From the NCBI GenBank assembly GCA_963844715.1, contig CAWJPJ010000008.1, forward strand, positions 832,001 to 896,000: a DNA stretch of 64,000 nt. Reading direction: 5' to 3'. Below, piece by piece: positions 55,023 to 64,000 of this stretch. The notes under the pieces were generated by a model that did not search any database, was not told the DNA's origin, and worked only from the letters and a program-made list of their open reading frames with translations. Made by a program: the position numbers and the translations under genes. Position 1 is the first letter of the stretch. Each line of letters starts with the position of its first letter. The stretch comes from an uncultured Phycisphaerales bacterium (GTDB taxonomy: Bacteria > Planctomycetota > Phycisphaerae > Tepidisphaerales > Tepidisphaeraceae).

Positions 55023-55960
55023 TCCATCAACAGATCGATGTGGAGACATGCTCCGTGCCGCCCTGGGATCAGCCATCCTTCAAGCCTTGGATGATCCGCG
55101 CGTGGTCGAAGTGATGGCCAACGCCGATGGGCAGGTGTGGATTGACCGAGCCGGTAAGGGTCGCTTGCGCATCGGCAGTATTGAAGCTTTTCGTGCCGAA
55201 TCGGTCATTCGTCTGGTGGCCGATCACGTCGGCGAAGCCGTTGGCCGGCACCGCCCCCTGCTCAGTGGGACGCTGCCCCACACCGGCCAGCGCTTCCAGG
55301 GTCAGTTGCCGCCGATTACCCAACGGCCCGTCTTCTGCATCCGCAAGCGGGCGGAACTGATCTTCACCTTGGACGATTATGTGCGACAGGGAATCATGGC
55401 CGCAACTCAAGCCCGGACGATCCGCGACGCCGCCGAGCGGCGGGACAACATCCTTATCGCCGGAGGCACCGGATCGGGCAAAACCACTCTGGCCAATGCC
55501 GTGTTGGCCGAGCCGACATTTTCCGAGGATCGGCTGGTGCTCATCGAAGATACCCGCGAATTGCAATGCAGTTCTCCCGATCGCGTGGAACTGCTGACCA
55601 AGCCGACTGATCCGCCGGTGACGATGGACGAGCTGGTGCGCTGCACTCCGCCTCCGCCCGGATCGGATTATCGTGGGCGAAGTGCGCGGGGGCGAGGCGC
55701 TAGCGTTGCTGAAGGCATGGAACACGGGACATCCGGGTGGACTGGCAACCCTTCACGCCAACAGCGCCGAAGATGCGCTATCCCGGCTGGAAGATTTGAT
55801 CGGAGAGGTCTCGCGTCACGTTCCGCGCAGGGCCATCGCTCGCACGATCGGAATAATCGTATTCATCCGTCGCACGCACGAGGGCCGGCGCATCGAGTCC
55901 ATCAGCAAAGTCACCGGATTCGATGGAAGCGAATACCGCATCGAAGCTATTGACAGTTGA
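55006..55960 (+). CDS. trbB: TrbB ATPase, second copy (frameshift near 55650)
   Basis: [26 protein letters not shown]. Confidence 0.9.
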
Positions 55961-56142
55961 ATAATCACCAATGAAAACTTGCCCAGCGCCGCCGCGTCCG
56001 GCGGTAATATACTTTGGTGTTCGTACCGGAGGGCGCGGTGATTCAATTATGCGTGGCTTTCCTCATCGCGGTGCGAGTGGTTGTGCTGGAACGTCTCCTT
56101 TAAGTGGTCGATGACATGGAGAACGTAAATGCCGGTAATACG

Positions 56143-56371
56143 TTACCGTTGCGCCATCCGCTTCAGGAAATCCGCGGCGACGTCTATCTTCAGTTCGGCA
56201 GGCATGAGTTCTAAAACCGACGCTTGAATCTCTTCTGGCTGCTTAGCAATCCATTTCCATGAGCCGGCTGGTCACCGCCACCTGGGTCATGCCGAATTGG
56301 TTTGAAACCTTACTGAACTGCTGGCGAGCGGTTGGCAGGACATCAATGCGCATGATCACGCGATGGGCCAT
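56143..56371 (-). CDS. small hypothetical protein (frameshifted; absent from the ORF track)
   Basis: GGAGA RBS; MAHRVIMRIDV..FGMTQVAVTSRLME/WIAKQPEEIQASVL. Confidence 0.5.
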
Positions 56372-56452
56372 TGATTTCTCCGATTGTTTAGCGGCTGCAT
56401 GATAGTCCCTGCGTACGCCGCGGCAAATTTCCGACTTTAAAGGGATCCTCCA

Positions 56453-57278
56453 TCATTGGATTTGCGCGGTTACCTTAAGGGAAAGCGGGGGCAATCTAGG
56501 ATCATCGGTTGTTAAGACAGCTTGGCTGTCGAATCGCCCAAACTGGTTCAGAGGTCGGACGACGACTTGAACGTCAATCGTCCCAGTAGCCGGAATAGAA
56601 CTCGGCGGATCGGGGAGGCTTGTGCAGCCGCAGGATACATTTACCCCACGGACAGAGAGCTGCTGCCCATTGGGACTGCTCAAATGGAACAGCGCCGTCC
56701 ACGATCTGCCCGGCGGGATCGTCCCTAGGTTCGCAGCCCATTCGTATTTATTGACAGGCGTAGCGACGGCATCGGGACGAATCGCGGGCCCATGCGGTAT
56801 CGACACGTAGCGCGGAAGAGGACGTGGGGCGGCGAATATCAACGCGATTGTACCTAATACGATCGCAGTACCGGCCCCAAGGAAACGCCCGTGAAGATCT
56901 GCTCCCGATTGAAGGATCAAAACCGAGACAATCAAATAATCGAGTACAAAAGTCTTAACCGGTGAGATTTCCAGCGCCGAAACACCCGCATGAGGGTAGT
57001 CCCTGATGGAATTCAACCAGGGAGATGAAAGCAAAAACCGTGAAAAGAAGGATAGCGCTCCTTCTCGCCCACATGGCTGCAGCGCCGCTGGCCAGCCATA
57101 GGACCATGAGGACTTCAGCGCTGATTTGAGCGATGCGAGGCAGAGTCTCGCTCGAAAGTCGCCACATTTGATAAGCCTTGGCGGCGGCGGCAAAAAGAAG
57201 AATGAGCGCGATGAGGCGCGGAAACAACTGACGGCGTCGTGAATCAGCTCGGATTCGTTGTGCGGCGTCAAAAAGCAT
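56453..57278 (-). CDS. MauE/DoxX-like membrane domain plus DUF1573 domain protein (frameshift near 56975)
   Basis: TM segments with SCGCFG; Ig-like part with VSCGCT. Confidence 0.7.
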
Positions 57279-57284
57279 TTTGGA

Positions 57285-57893
57285 TTATGGTTGACCGTCA
57301 GGTCCCGTGGCGGGCAGGGGACCCATGAGAACGAGTTTCTCTCTTGCCCACTGAACCCACTGTGGGCGCGTGTCAACACAGACGAGCTTGCTCAGCAGCT
57401 CTCGAATCTTTGCGTCTTTGTCCCCTCGACGGAGGCGGGCCCGAGCGGCGTTGCCGACGAACTGCGGATTGTCCGGCTCGATCTTTAGGGCCTGGTCATA
57501 ATTGTCGATGGCATCGTCAAGTTTACCGGCGGCTTCAAGGGTAAGCCCCAGATTGCTTCTAGGCTCGGGTTGATACGGCATGAGTTTGGCTGCGTACTGG
57601 AACTCCCAAGCCGCTTGATACAAGTTGCCCACGTGAAGGTAGACGGTTCCGAGATTGTTGTGCGCCGGGCCGAAGGTTACGTCGGCGTCAAGCGCTTTGA
57701 CAAGAGTCGCCTGCGCCTCACTCCACTTGTTTTGATCGATGTCGCTAACCGCCTGGGCCGTCAGCTTGCGAGCCAGATCAGTATCTTTTTGGGGACCAAC
57801 AACGGATTCGTGAGGGGCGCCGGTCGCGCATCCTGCCAGGAGGATCGCCATTACAACCATGATCAGGAATGTTGTTGATAATCGTTGCGCCAT
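57285..57893 (-). CDS. TPR lipoprotein (pilotin/PilF-like)
   Basis: LAGC lipobox; AHNNLG and SNLG TPR repeats. Confidence 0.8.
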   Translation of the reverse strand: MAQRLSTTFLIMVVMAILLAGCATGAPHESVVGPQKDTDLARKLTAQAVSDIDQNKWSEAQATLVKALDADVTFGPAHNNLGTVYLHVGNLYQAAWEFQYAAKLMPYQPEPRSNLGLTLEAAGKLDDAIDNYDQALKIEPDNPQFVGNAARARLRRGDKDAKIRELLSKLVCVDTRPQWVQWAREKLVLMGPLPATGPDGQP

Positions 57894-57912
57894 AACATGG
57901 TTCACGAAAGGG

Positions 57913-58455
57913 TCATATTTTCCCGCCGGTTCCACCCGGGCTTGTCATGGGGGAATAGATCATCGATGTGACGGTGATCTCCGCGCTCCACAAATCACCG
58001 GTCACCTGCTGCGGCGGGATGGAGAGGTGAATCGCTTTGATGCGCAAACCGCCGCGGTTATCGGATAAATTGCACAAAAGTTTGACCAACTGCGGCAGGG
58101 TAACTTCGCGTAATTGTACTGTCGTAGCCTGCTCCAGGTATGGCGATTCGGCCAGGCGCGTGGGCTGGTCCGGAGCGATGGAGGCGATGTCGTCTGGATT
58201 GATTCCCACGGATTCAGCCGACAACTGGACCCGCGCGGCAAGTTCTTCAATCGCTTTTTGACTGGTGTCCGCCATCGTCGGCTGGGTGCGGAGGGAGGTA
58301 ATTTGCGCTGCCAATTTGCGGCAGATTTGGGCGTCGCGAAGAGAATCCAATGCATCGCCTCTGGCACGTTCGTATGTGGCCCAGGCGAAAAGATTCGCGC
58401 CAAGCAGAATAGCCGCGGCCAGAGATAAGACAATTTTGAATTGCCGCTGATTCAT
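57913..58455 (-). CDS. GspM/PilO-like protein
   Basis: N-terminal TM; position after the gspL-like gene. Confidence 0.6.
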   Translation of the reverse strand: MNQRQFKIVLSLAAAILLGANLFAWATYERARGDALDSLRDAQICRKLAAQITSLRTQPTMADTSQKAIEELAARVQLSAESVGINPDDIASIAPDQPTRLAESPYLEQATTVQLREVTLPQLVKLLCNLSDNRGGLRIKAIHLSIPPQQVTGDLWSAEITVTSMIYSPMTSPGGTGGKI

Positions 58456-59745
58456 CGGGCGCCCTCCGAGACGGCCGCTGAGATCGTGAAATTCACGTCT
58501 TCTCCCGGCGCCTGCTCCGTATGCGGCGGATCGACCCCCAGCGCAAGGCGCCGGCGCAGGGAAGTGGCGATTTGGTCCGCCGCGGCGTGATCGAGGGTCT
58601 GGCCCTCCAGGTAAAGTTGCTGAGGCTCCAGGCGCATCTCGACAACCCGGTAGCGCAAGCCCCGCGGCAACGCGGAAAGTACGTCGCGGAGCAGCGGCAG
58701 AACGGACTGAATCGCCTGCTGAGGAACCGAAGTATCGATATGACTGGCGGCGGCTAGGCGTCTTGCTTCGCTAACCAGACGCGACGTAATCGCGGCAGGG
58801 GGCGCGGTATTGGGCATGGCAATCAAATAGACCTGAACTTGCTGATCGTGCGCCGTCGACGCAAGGCGGTCATATTGAGCAGAGCGCCAGAAGAGGAAAA
58901 TTGTCAAACACAATACGAAGAACGCCGCGCCGCACGAAGCCGCGATCAGAGGAGTACGCACTCGGACGAGCGGCGTAGCGGTCGCGAGCGCTCCTTGGCG
59001 CAACTCAATCGACGGGATGTTTTGACCGTTCAAACATTTTGAAGCCGCCAGCGCGGCCATTTCCGACGGATTCGAGCAGGAATGCAATCGAAGGGCCAGA
59101 TCGGGTGGACGCAAATGCTCGGGTAGAGCGACGCCGATCGCGCGGAATGTCGCAACGCGCCCAGTTTCATGTAATGCATCTGTCGATCCAGGGCGTCCGC
59201 TTGAGGTGGCAAACATGTCCAGTCGCGGATCACGCTATTCTTCAAACAAACAAAATCGACATGGTTCTGTTGGAATATTAAAACAGCATCGGCATCTTCG
59301 CTGGCAAGGTATTGGGCGATAAGCAGCGCCGCCGGGCAAATGCTGGTGACGCTTATTCCGCGGGATTCCAGGGAATCGACGATTGCCGCAATCTTCTTCG
59401 TCTCGACGGCAACGCCCAAACAGACCTCAGCATCCTCGACGAAATCTGCGGTTAGTTCCTCGATTGCCAAAGGCAATTGTTCTTCGAGCCGAAACCCAAG
59501 AGCCGTTTCGCGCCCCCTACGGGGAAGACCCGCAGCACTTACCTTCGCCACAGGCAGTCCTCGGGAGGCAGAGCGAGCATGACCGCTTCATCTGTGAATT
59601 CAAGTTCTCGCAATTGCGATTCAATTTCGGCAATTGGCGCGTGCTCCTGACTCACCGTGACGGTGGCCAAGGTGACGGTCTCACCATCGATCCGCGCGAC
59701 CGACCAGTGTGTTAGCCCTGGGAAGATGACAAATTCTTTTTCCAT
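58452..59745 (-). CDS. GspL-like protein (frameshifted)
   Basis: FRLEEQLPLAIEELTADF actin-like motif; TM plus periplasmic domain. Confidence 0.7.
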
Positions 59746-60236
59746 CAGTTTGCAGCGTTCTGGTTTATTGTCTCCTTCACGACGGCCAGTTCCTGCGACT
59801 GGCCGTAGTAATCAACGCGAATACTTCCCTTTTCGATGTCGGTTATGCGCACCGCGCCAGCCAAGTCTCCCACGGCTTTAAGTTGAACAGAGCCGTCGGC
59901 AAGCTGGATCATCGCCCGCGAATAGCCCGGCTCAAAGATCGTCCCGGTGAGACGGATATCCAGAGGCGGGATCGCCTGCGCCAAGGGAGCGGGCGCCGGC
60001 GGCGCATCGTGAAGAGGTCGGCGCAAATCGAACTGCGCGAGCTTCTCCAGTTCGCGCGCATCGATGGGGCTCGTCGGGTTCGCCGTCGAGCCGGTTGCCG
60101 AGTTCCGGCGCAGGGCGGATTGGTCCACCGTCATGGGGAGCGGCACACAGGCGGCCCATGCGATTAGGACCACACCCCCGGCGGTGAATGCCACAGCCGC
60201 TGACCAGAGGATGTACTTAAGCCGTCTAATCCTCAC
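59745..60236 (-). CDS. GspC/PilP-like protein
   Basis: TM; IRLTGTIFE..AMI..VGD..ITDIE HR-like domain. Confidence 0.55.
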   Translation of the reverse strand: MRIRRLKYILWSAAVAFTAGGVVLIAWAACVPLPMTVDQSALRRNSATGSTANPTSPIDARELEKLAQFDLRRPLHDAPPAPAPLAQAIPPLDIRLTGTIFEPGYSRAMIQLADGSVQLKAVGDLAGAVRITDIEKGSIRVDYYGQSQELAVVKETINQNAAN

Positions 60237-60246
60237 AAACAACACC

Positions 60247-61120
60247 TCACCACAAAAATTGATGCAATTGCCAGGCGCCATTTTCGCATTGGCCCACGAG
60301 CAGGGACCAGTCGCTTCGCCGCGCCGTGCGGCAGTTCACCCAGAGCGAATAGCAACTGGGGTGATCCGTCAGGACCGTCATCGCCGCGCTTTGTGTCTGG
60401 TCACTCAACTGCATTTGTTTAAAACAGTTCGCCAAAGTAATTCCGGGTTGCGCCGCTGGAGTTCGACAAGCTGATGGATTTGACCCAGATTCAAGATGCC
60501 CTGGCAAACTTCCTCCAGCACATCTTCGCTGGCTCGCTGAACGTTGACCCGCCCGTCGCCCCAGCAGGTTAGGATTTCGGCCGGAGCCGCGCTTGGGAAT
60601 CATCACAAAGCTGGGCGGGCTTGGAGTTTTCAAAGACATCCCCAAAGCTACGGGGCTGGGGGGGATTATTCGCATCGGGTTGCCAGCGAAAATACACGTT
60701 TCCCGCCAGGTCCGGGCTGGCCAAAGACAGCCGGCGGATCGTAAGCTCCGCTTCTTCCTTGCCCTGCTGCCTCAGAATCGTTCCCACGTTCGCCTTGGCC
60801 GATTCGTCGGAAAAGATGAGATGAAATCTCTGGCCGCCCATGTCGATCGCCGTGCGAAGAGACGAAACGGGCTGGCCGGTTTGGACCTCCCGGGCATGGA
60901 GCAGCGCTTCCGCTTTGGGGAGAAGAGTGACCTGGCAAGAGAGGGTTCCCCAATTGCGTTGAAGGTCCGCCTCCGCTTCGCCGGCAGCCTGGGCTTTTAA
61001 GATCGATGCGCGGGAGATCGCCACCATCGCCAAGGCCGCAATCATGAGGAGAACAAGAGTCACCAGGAGGACAAATCCTTGATGATGCTGTGAACCGCGA
61101 TGATACAAACGGTTTGTCAT
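60247..61120 (-). CDS. GspK-like minor pseudopilin (frameshifted)
   Basis: GFVLLVTLVLL; DESAKANV. Confidence 0.75.
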
Positions 61121-61681
61121 GGCAGACACACGATCTGGTCGATTTTGGATGCCGGGTCGTCGAAATTCACCTCCAGATGTACGCGACGACAGATAATGGG
61201 GACTCTTTTCGTGGACGTTGTTGACGATTCCAAAACTACAGGGCGAATCTCGCTCACATCGATCTTTTGGACTCCAAAAGCCACCAGATTTGTCGTTGGT
61301 TGGGGCAAAATGATCTCATCCAAATACTGCTGTCGCCGAACCAGACAATGCGCACCATCCGAGCCCGTGACTGAATAGGTAACCACGCTGGGCCGATCGA
61401 TCGGCCGGAGATTCGCATCAAGCGAATGGTCCGTTTGCAGGCTGAGGGATTGCCCGACCCCGCCGGAAAAAAAGCTGGCGCCTGCCAAGTCTTTGGAAAT
61501 TACCTGTACAATCTGCCGCGCGGTCGGCGCCGATACGGCCGTTCAAAGCAGCCAGACGAGATCGATCCCGCGCAATGGATGCGAAGACCGACAGCACGCC
61601 GCACATCAGGACCACGGCAATGGCCGATGCCACGGCGAGTTCCACGAGTGTGAAACCATTTCTATTTGCTGTCGCCTTCAA
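61117..61681 (-). CDS. GspJ-like minor pseudopilin (frameshifted)
   Basis: GFTLVEL prepilin motif. Confidence 0.7.
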
Positions 61682-62121
61682 GGAATCTCCTTGGACGCGG
61701 GTGGCGCATCCACCACCACTTCAACCTTGGTCAGCGGTTGGGGCTTTAGGGCTAGACCACGGTCTTGTGCATCGAAGATTTCCAGTCTCATGATGCGAGC
61801 ATCCAATTCCGGGCAATTCCGCACAAAAATGGTTCGCCAGAGCAAATGTGCCTCCTTTAGTTCTCCGGTAGCGGGCCTCAGCGATGGCGCTGGACCACTC
61901 CACCAACTTGAGAGCAACGCGTCGGCCGCTTCGACGGCTGCCTGTTTTCGCTCGGCGCGCGACCACTGCTCAAGGTAGCGCGCTCGGGCGACGACGAGGG
62001 AAGCAAGTACGGTTCCCAGGATCGTCATGCCCGCGACGACTTCAATGAGCGTTCGCGCTCGCCTGCGTCTCAAGGCTCGGCGGCGCCAGCGAGCTAAAAA
62101 TGGACTCCAATTGCTTCTCAT
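61678..62121 (-). CDS. GspI-like minor pseudopilin
   Basis: ARTLIEVVAGMTILG prepilin-like motif. Confidence 0.65.
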   Translation of the reverse strand: MRSNWSPFLARWRRRALRRRRARTLIEVVAGMTILGTVLASLVVARARYLEQWSRAERKQAAVEAADALLSSWWSGPAPSLRPATGELKEAHLLWRTIFVRNCPELDARIMRLEIFDAQDRGLALKPQPLTKVEVVVDAPPASKEIP

Positions 62122-62570
62122 CGTCTGTCCAGAAAACTCGGCCGGAAAGGCCGGCAACCATCATCCAGCGATCGTCATCGCCATGCGGCAGGCGAATCGC
62201 ATAAGTCTGGCTAAATCCCTGCTGCGAGTAGGCGATATCCACTTGGCCGCTGTCCACCGCGGTTCCGTCGGGTGTGCGAAGTTTCAATTCCCATGCTTCC
62301 GGCAGGCGCGCCAAAACCGTCGCGCTGTCGGTGGATTGCTGCCAGAGGATTTCATTGTGATTGAGGTCAACGATCAAATGCTGAGTCGATCCGCTTTGCC
62401 GCGCAGGCCGAGCGCACTTGGGCGTCCGCAAAGGCCAGTTCTTTGCAGAGGGCGTCGAATTGGTGTTCCCGCGCGGTGGGAATGAGCGAAAGCACGCAGG
62501 CGGCGGCGAGTAATCCCATGATTGCCAATACCGCGCTCAATTCAATCAACGTGAAACCGGATTTTCTCAT
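62042..62570 (-). CDS. GspH-like minor pseudopilin (frameshifted)
   Basis: GFTLIELSAVLAIMG. Confidence 0.7.
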
Positions 62571-62986
62571 GGCGCCGCCTTTGCCGTATCCGGCGCCGTG
62601 TCCAGATCGTCGCTGCTGATATTGTCCGCCCCCTCCTTGCCACTGGCCCCCAGACAGAGCACTTCGTACGGACCGTTGCGGCCAGGCGCGTTGTACTGAT
62701 ACGAATGCCCCCACGGATCGTTGTGAACCTGTTCGATGTATTTCGGAGCCAGTACCGCCAGCCCCTCATCGTTTGTCGGATAACGCCCGTTTTCTGCGTA
62801 GAAAGCTGCCAAGGCGCTCTTGAACGTACTCAAATCAGTGCGGGCGCGATTCTGCTTGGCTTTATCGAGGAAATGCCGCGTGCTCAGCGTCACCGCGCCG
62901 GCCAAAAGGCCGATGATCACGATGACGATCATGATCTCGATGAAGGTGAAAGCTCTTCGACCGATTATGCGATTAGCCGAGTACAT
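62567..62986 (-). CDS. gspG: major pseudopilin GspG
   Basis: AFTFIEIMIVIVIIGLL; YPTNDEGL; DPWGHSYQY. Confidence 0.92.
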   Translation of the reverse strand: MYSANRIIGRRAFTFIEIMIVIVIIGLLAGAVTLSTRHFLDKAKQNRARTDLSTFKSALAAFYAENGRYPTNDEGLAVLAPKYIEQVHNDPWGHSYQYNAPGRNGPYEVLCLGASGKEGADNISSDDLDTAPDTAKAAP

Positions 62987-64000
62987 CGCCGGCCTCCAAA
63001 ATAGGGAGCATGGTCGCCAGGGCGATCGTCGCGACGATAGTGGCGAGCAAAAGAATCAAGACCGGCTCCAAAACGGAAGTGAGGCGTTGCGCCGCCGCCG
63101 CCACCTGATCGTCGTAATCTCTGGCCAGTCGTCCCAGCATCTCCTCCAGCCGGCCGGATTCCTGGCCAACGGAAAAGACCTGTACGACGAGTGGCGGGAA
63201 CGCCGCGGAGGCCCGCAGAGCGGGAGCGATGTCTCGGCCGGCCGAAACTGCCGCCTCGCATCGCGCCAGCGCGTCCTGGAGTACGACATTGCGGGTGCTC
63301 TTTCGAGCGACCTGTATCGCCCGCACAAAAACCACGCCGCTTTGGAGGAGGGTTTCCATGACCACAGCGATGCGGACCACCGCCGCCTTTTGGGCCAGGG
63401 TTCCGACCAATGGAAGACGCAAGATAAGAAAATCCCATCCCCATCTGCCCCTCCGAGTTTGCAGGAGGAATGTCCACATAACGGCCGCGGCGACGGCAAT
63501 CAAACCGACCAGCCATCCCCGACTCACCAGGAAATCACTCGCGCCCTTGACGATCCGCGTGGGTAATGGCAAGGGCCGCCCCTCATCGAGGAGCGGTTGC
63601 AGGATCGAAGGGACGACGTAGGTCATTAAAAAGATGCTCACGGCGACGGCGGTCAGGAGAACGATGCAGGGATACAACAAAGCCGTGCCGAGTTTGCCAC
63701 GGAGTTGCTCGCGGCGCTCCCGGAACTTCGCCAGACGATCCAGGGCAACATCCAATGTTCCGGTGTCTTCGCCTACTTCCACGAGATTCAGGGATAGCTC
63801 ATCAAAAATCGCCGGTTGACTGGCCATGGCCGCCGCCAAACTGCTGCCAGCCGATACGCGATCGCGCACAAGCAGTATGCTCGACCGAAATGAGCCGCGG
63901 TATTGGTTGGCGATGGTTTGAAGGGCTTCGGTCAACGGCGCTCCAACTCCCAACAACGTCGAGAGTTCCCTGGCGAAGGAAGTGACTTTGTGACTTTCGC
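62973..64000 (-). CDS. gspF: T2SS/T4P platform protein GspF/PilC (5' end outside the window)
   Basis: GEDTGTLD, ALLYP, GQESGRLEEML, LEPVLIL. Confidence 0.93.
   Translation of the reverse strand, partial: ESHKVTSFARELSTLLGVGAPLTEALQTIANQYRGSFRSSILLVRDRVSAGSSLAAAMASQPAIFDELSLNLVEVGEDTGTLDVALDRLAKFRERREQLRGKLGTALLYPCIVLLTAVAVSIFLMTYVVPSILQPLLDEGRPLPLPTRIVKGASDFLVSRGWLVGLIAVAAAVMWTFLLQTRRGRWGWDFLILRLPLVGTLAQKAAVVRIAVVMETLLQSGVVFVRAIQVARKSTRNVVLQDALARCEAAVSAGRDIAPALRASAAFPPLVVQVFSVGQESGRLEEMLGRLARDYDDQVAAAAQRLTSVLEPVLILLLATIVATIALATMLPILEAGDVLG

Larger units (their letters stand above)
52389..64000. mobile_element. ICE2: degenerate relative of ICE1; right end not seen
   Basis: att, integrase, parB/traG remnants, copG, trbB; inclusion of the T2SS cluster is inferred. 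Confidence 0.65.

Noticed and set aside
3192..63566. Numerous long antisense or alternate-frame ORFs in the track
   Set aside because: They are shadows of real genes in GC-rich DNA and lack motifs
1..64000. CRISPR array, rRNA, reverse transcriptase/retron/DGR
   Set aside because: No spaced repeat array, rRNA-like segment or RT motif was seen

Overview
GC-rich bacterial DNA, probably Planctomycetota/Phycisphaerae-like (inferred from gene content only). It consists almost entirely of two integrative conjugative elements in tandem at a tRNA-Met(CAT) att site. ICE1 (<1-52432) is a P-type/Trb, Tn4371-like element. It has a leading region (DUF932, ssb, DUF6166, parB) hit by an IS110 and two RIT (recombinase-in-trio) elements, then relaxase-traG-copG-trbB, a ~13.5 kb defence island, an inverted trbCDEJJLFGI operon, an AbiE toxin-antitoxin pair and metabolic/detox cargo. 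ICE2 (52389->64000) has an integrase, a deletion-collapsed parB::traG chimera, copG and trbB, followed by a type II secretion/pseudopilin cluster. The most interesting observation is a CARF-like/RtcR-PspF-type sigma54 activator gene flanked by two outward-facing GG-N10-GC sigma54 promoters. One precedes a DUF3892 gene. The other precedes a tightly coupled 7-gene operon: a repeat/coiled-coil PD-(D/E)xK nuclease, hsdRMS, a TIGR02391 HEPN protein, a DUF3696 ABC ATPase and an unknown partner. This is a candidate signal-inducible mobile defence regulon. Many genes carry single-base frameshifts, most likely long-read indel errors, so many gene boundaries are approximate. Domain names come from motif recognition, not database searches.
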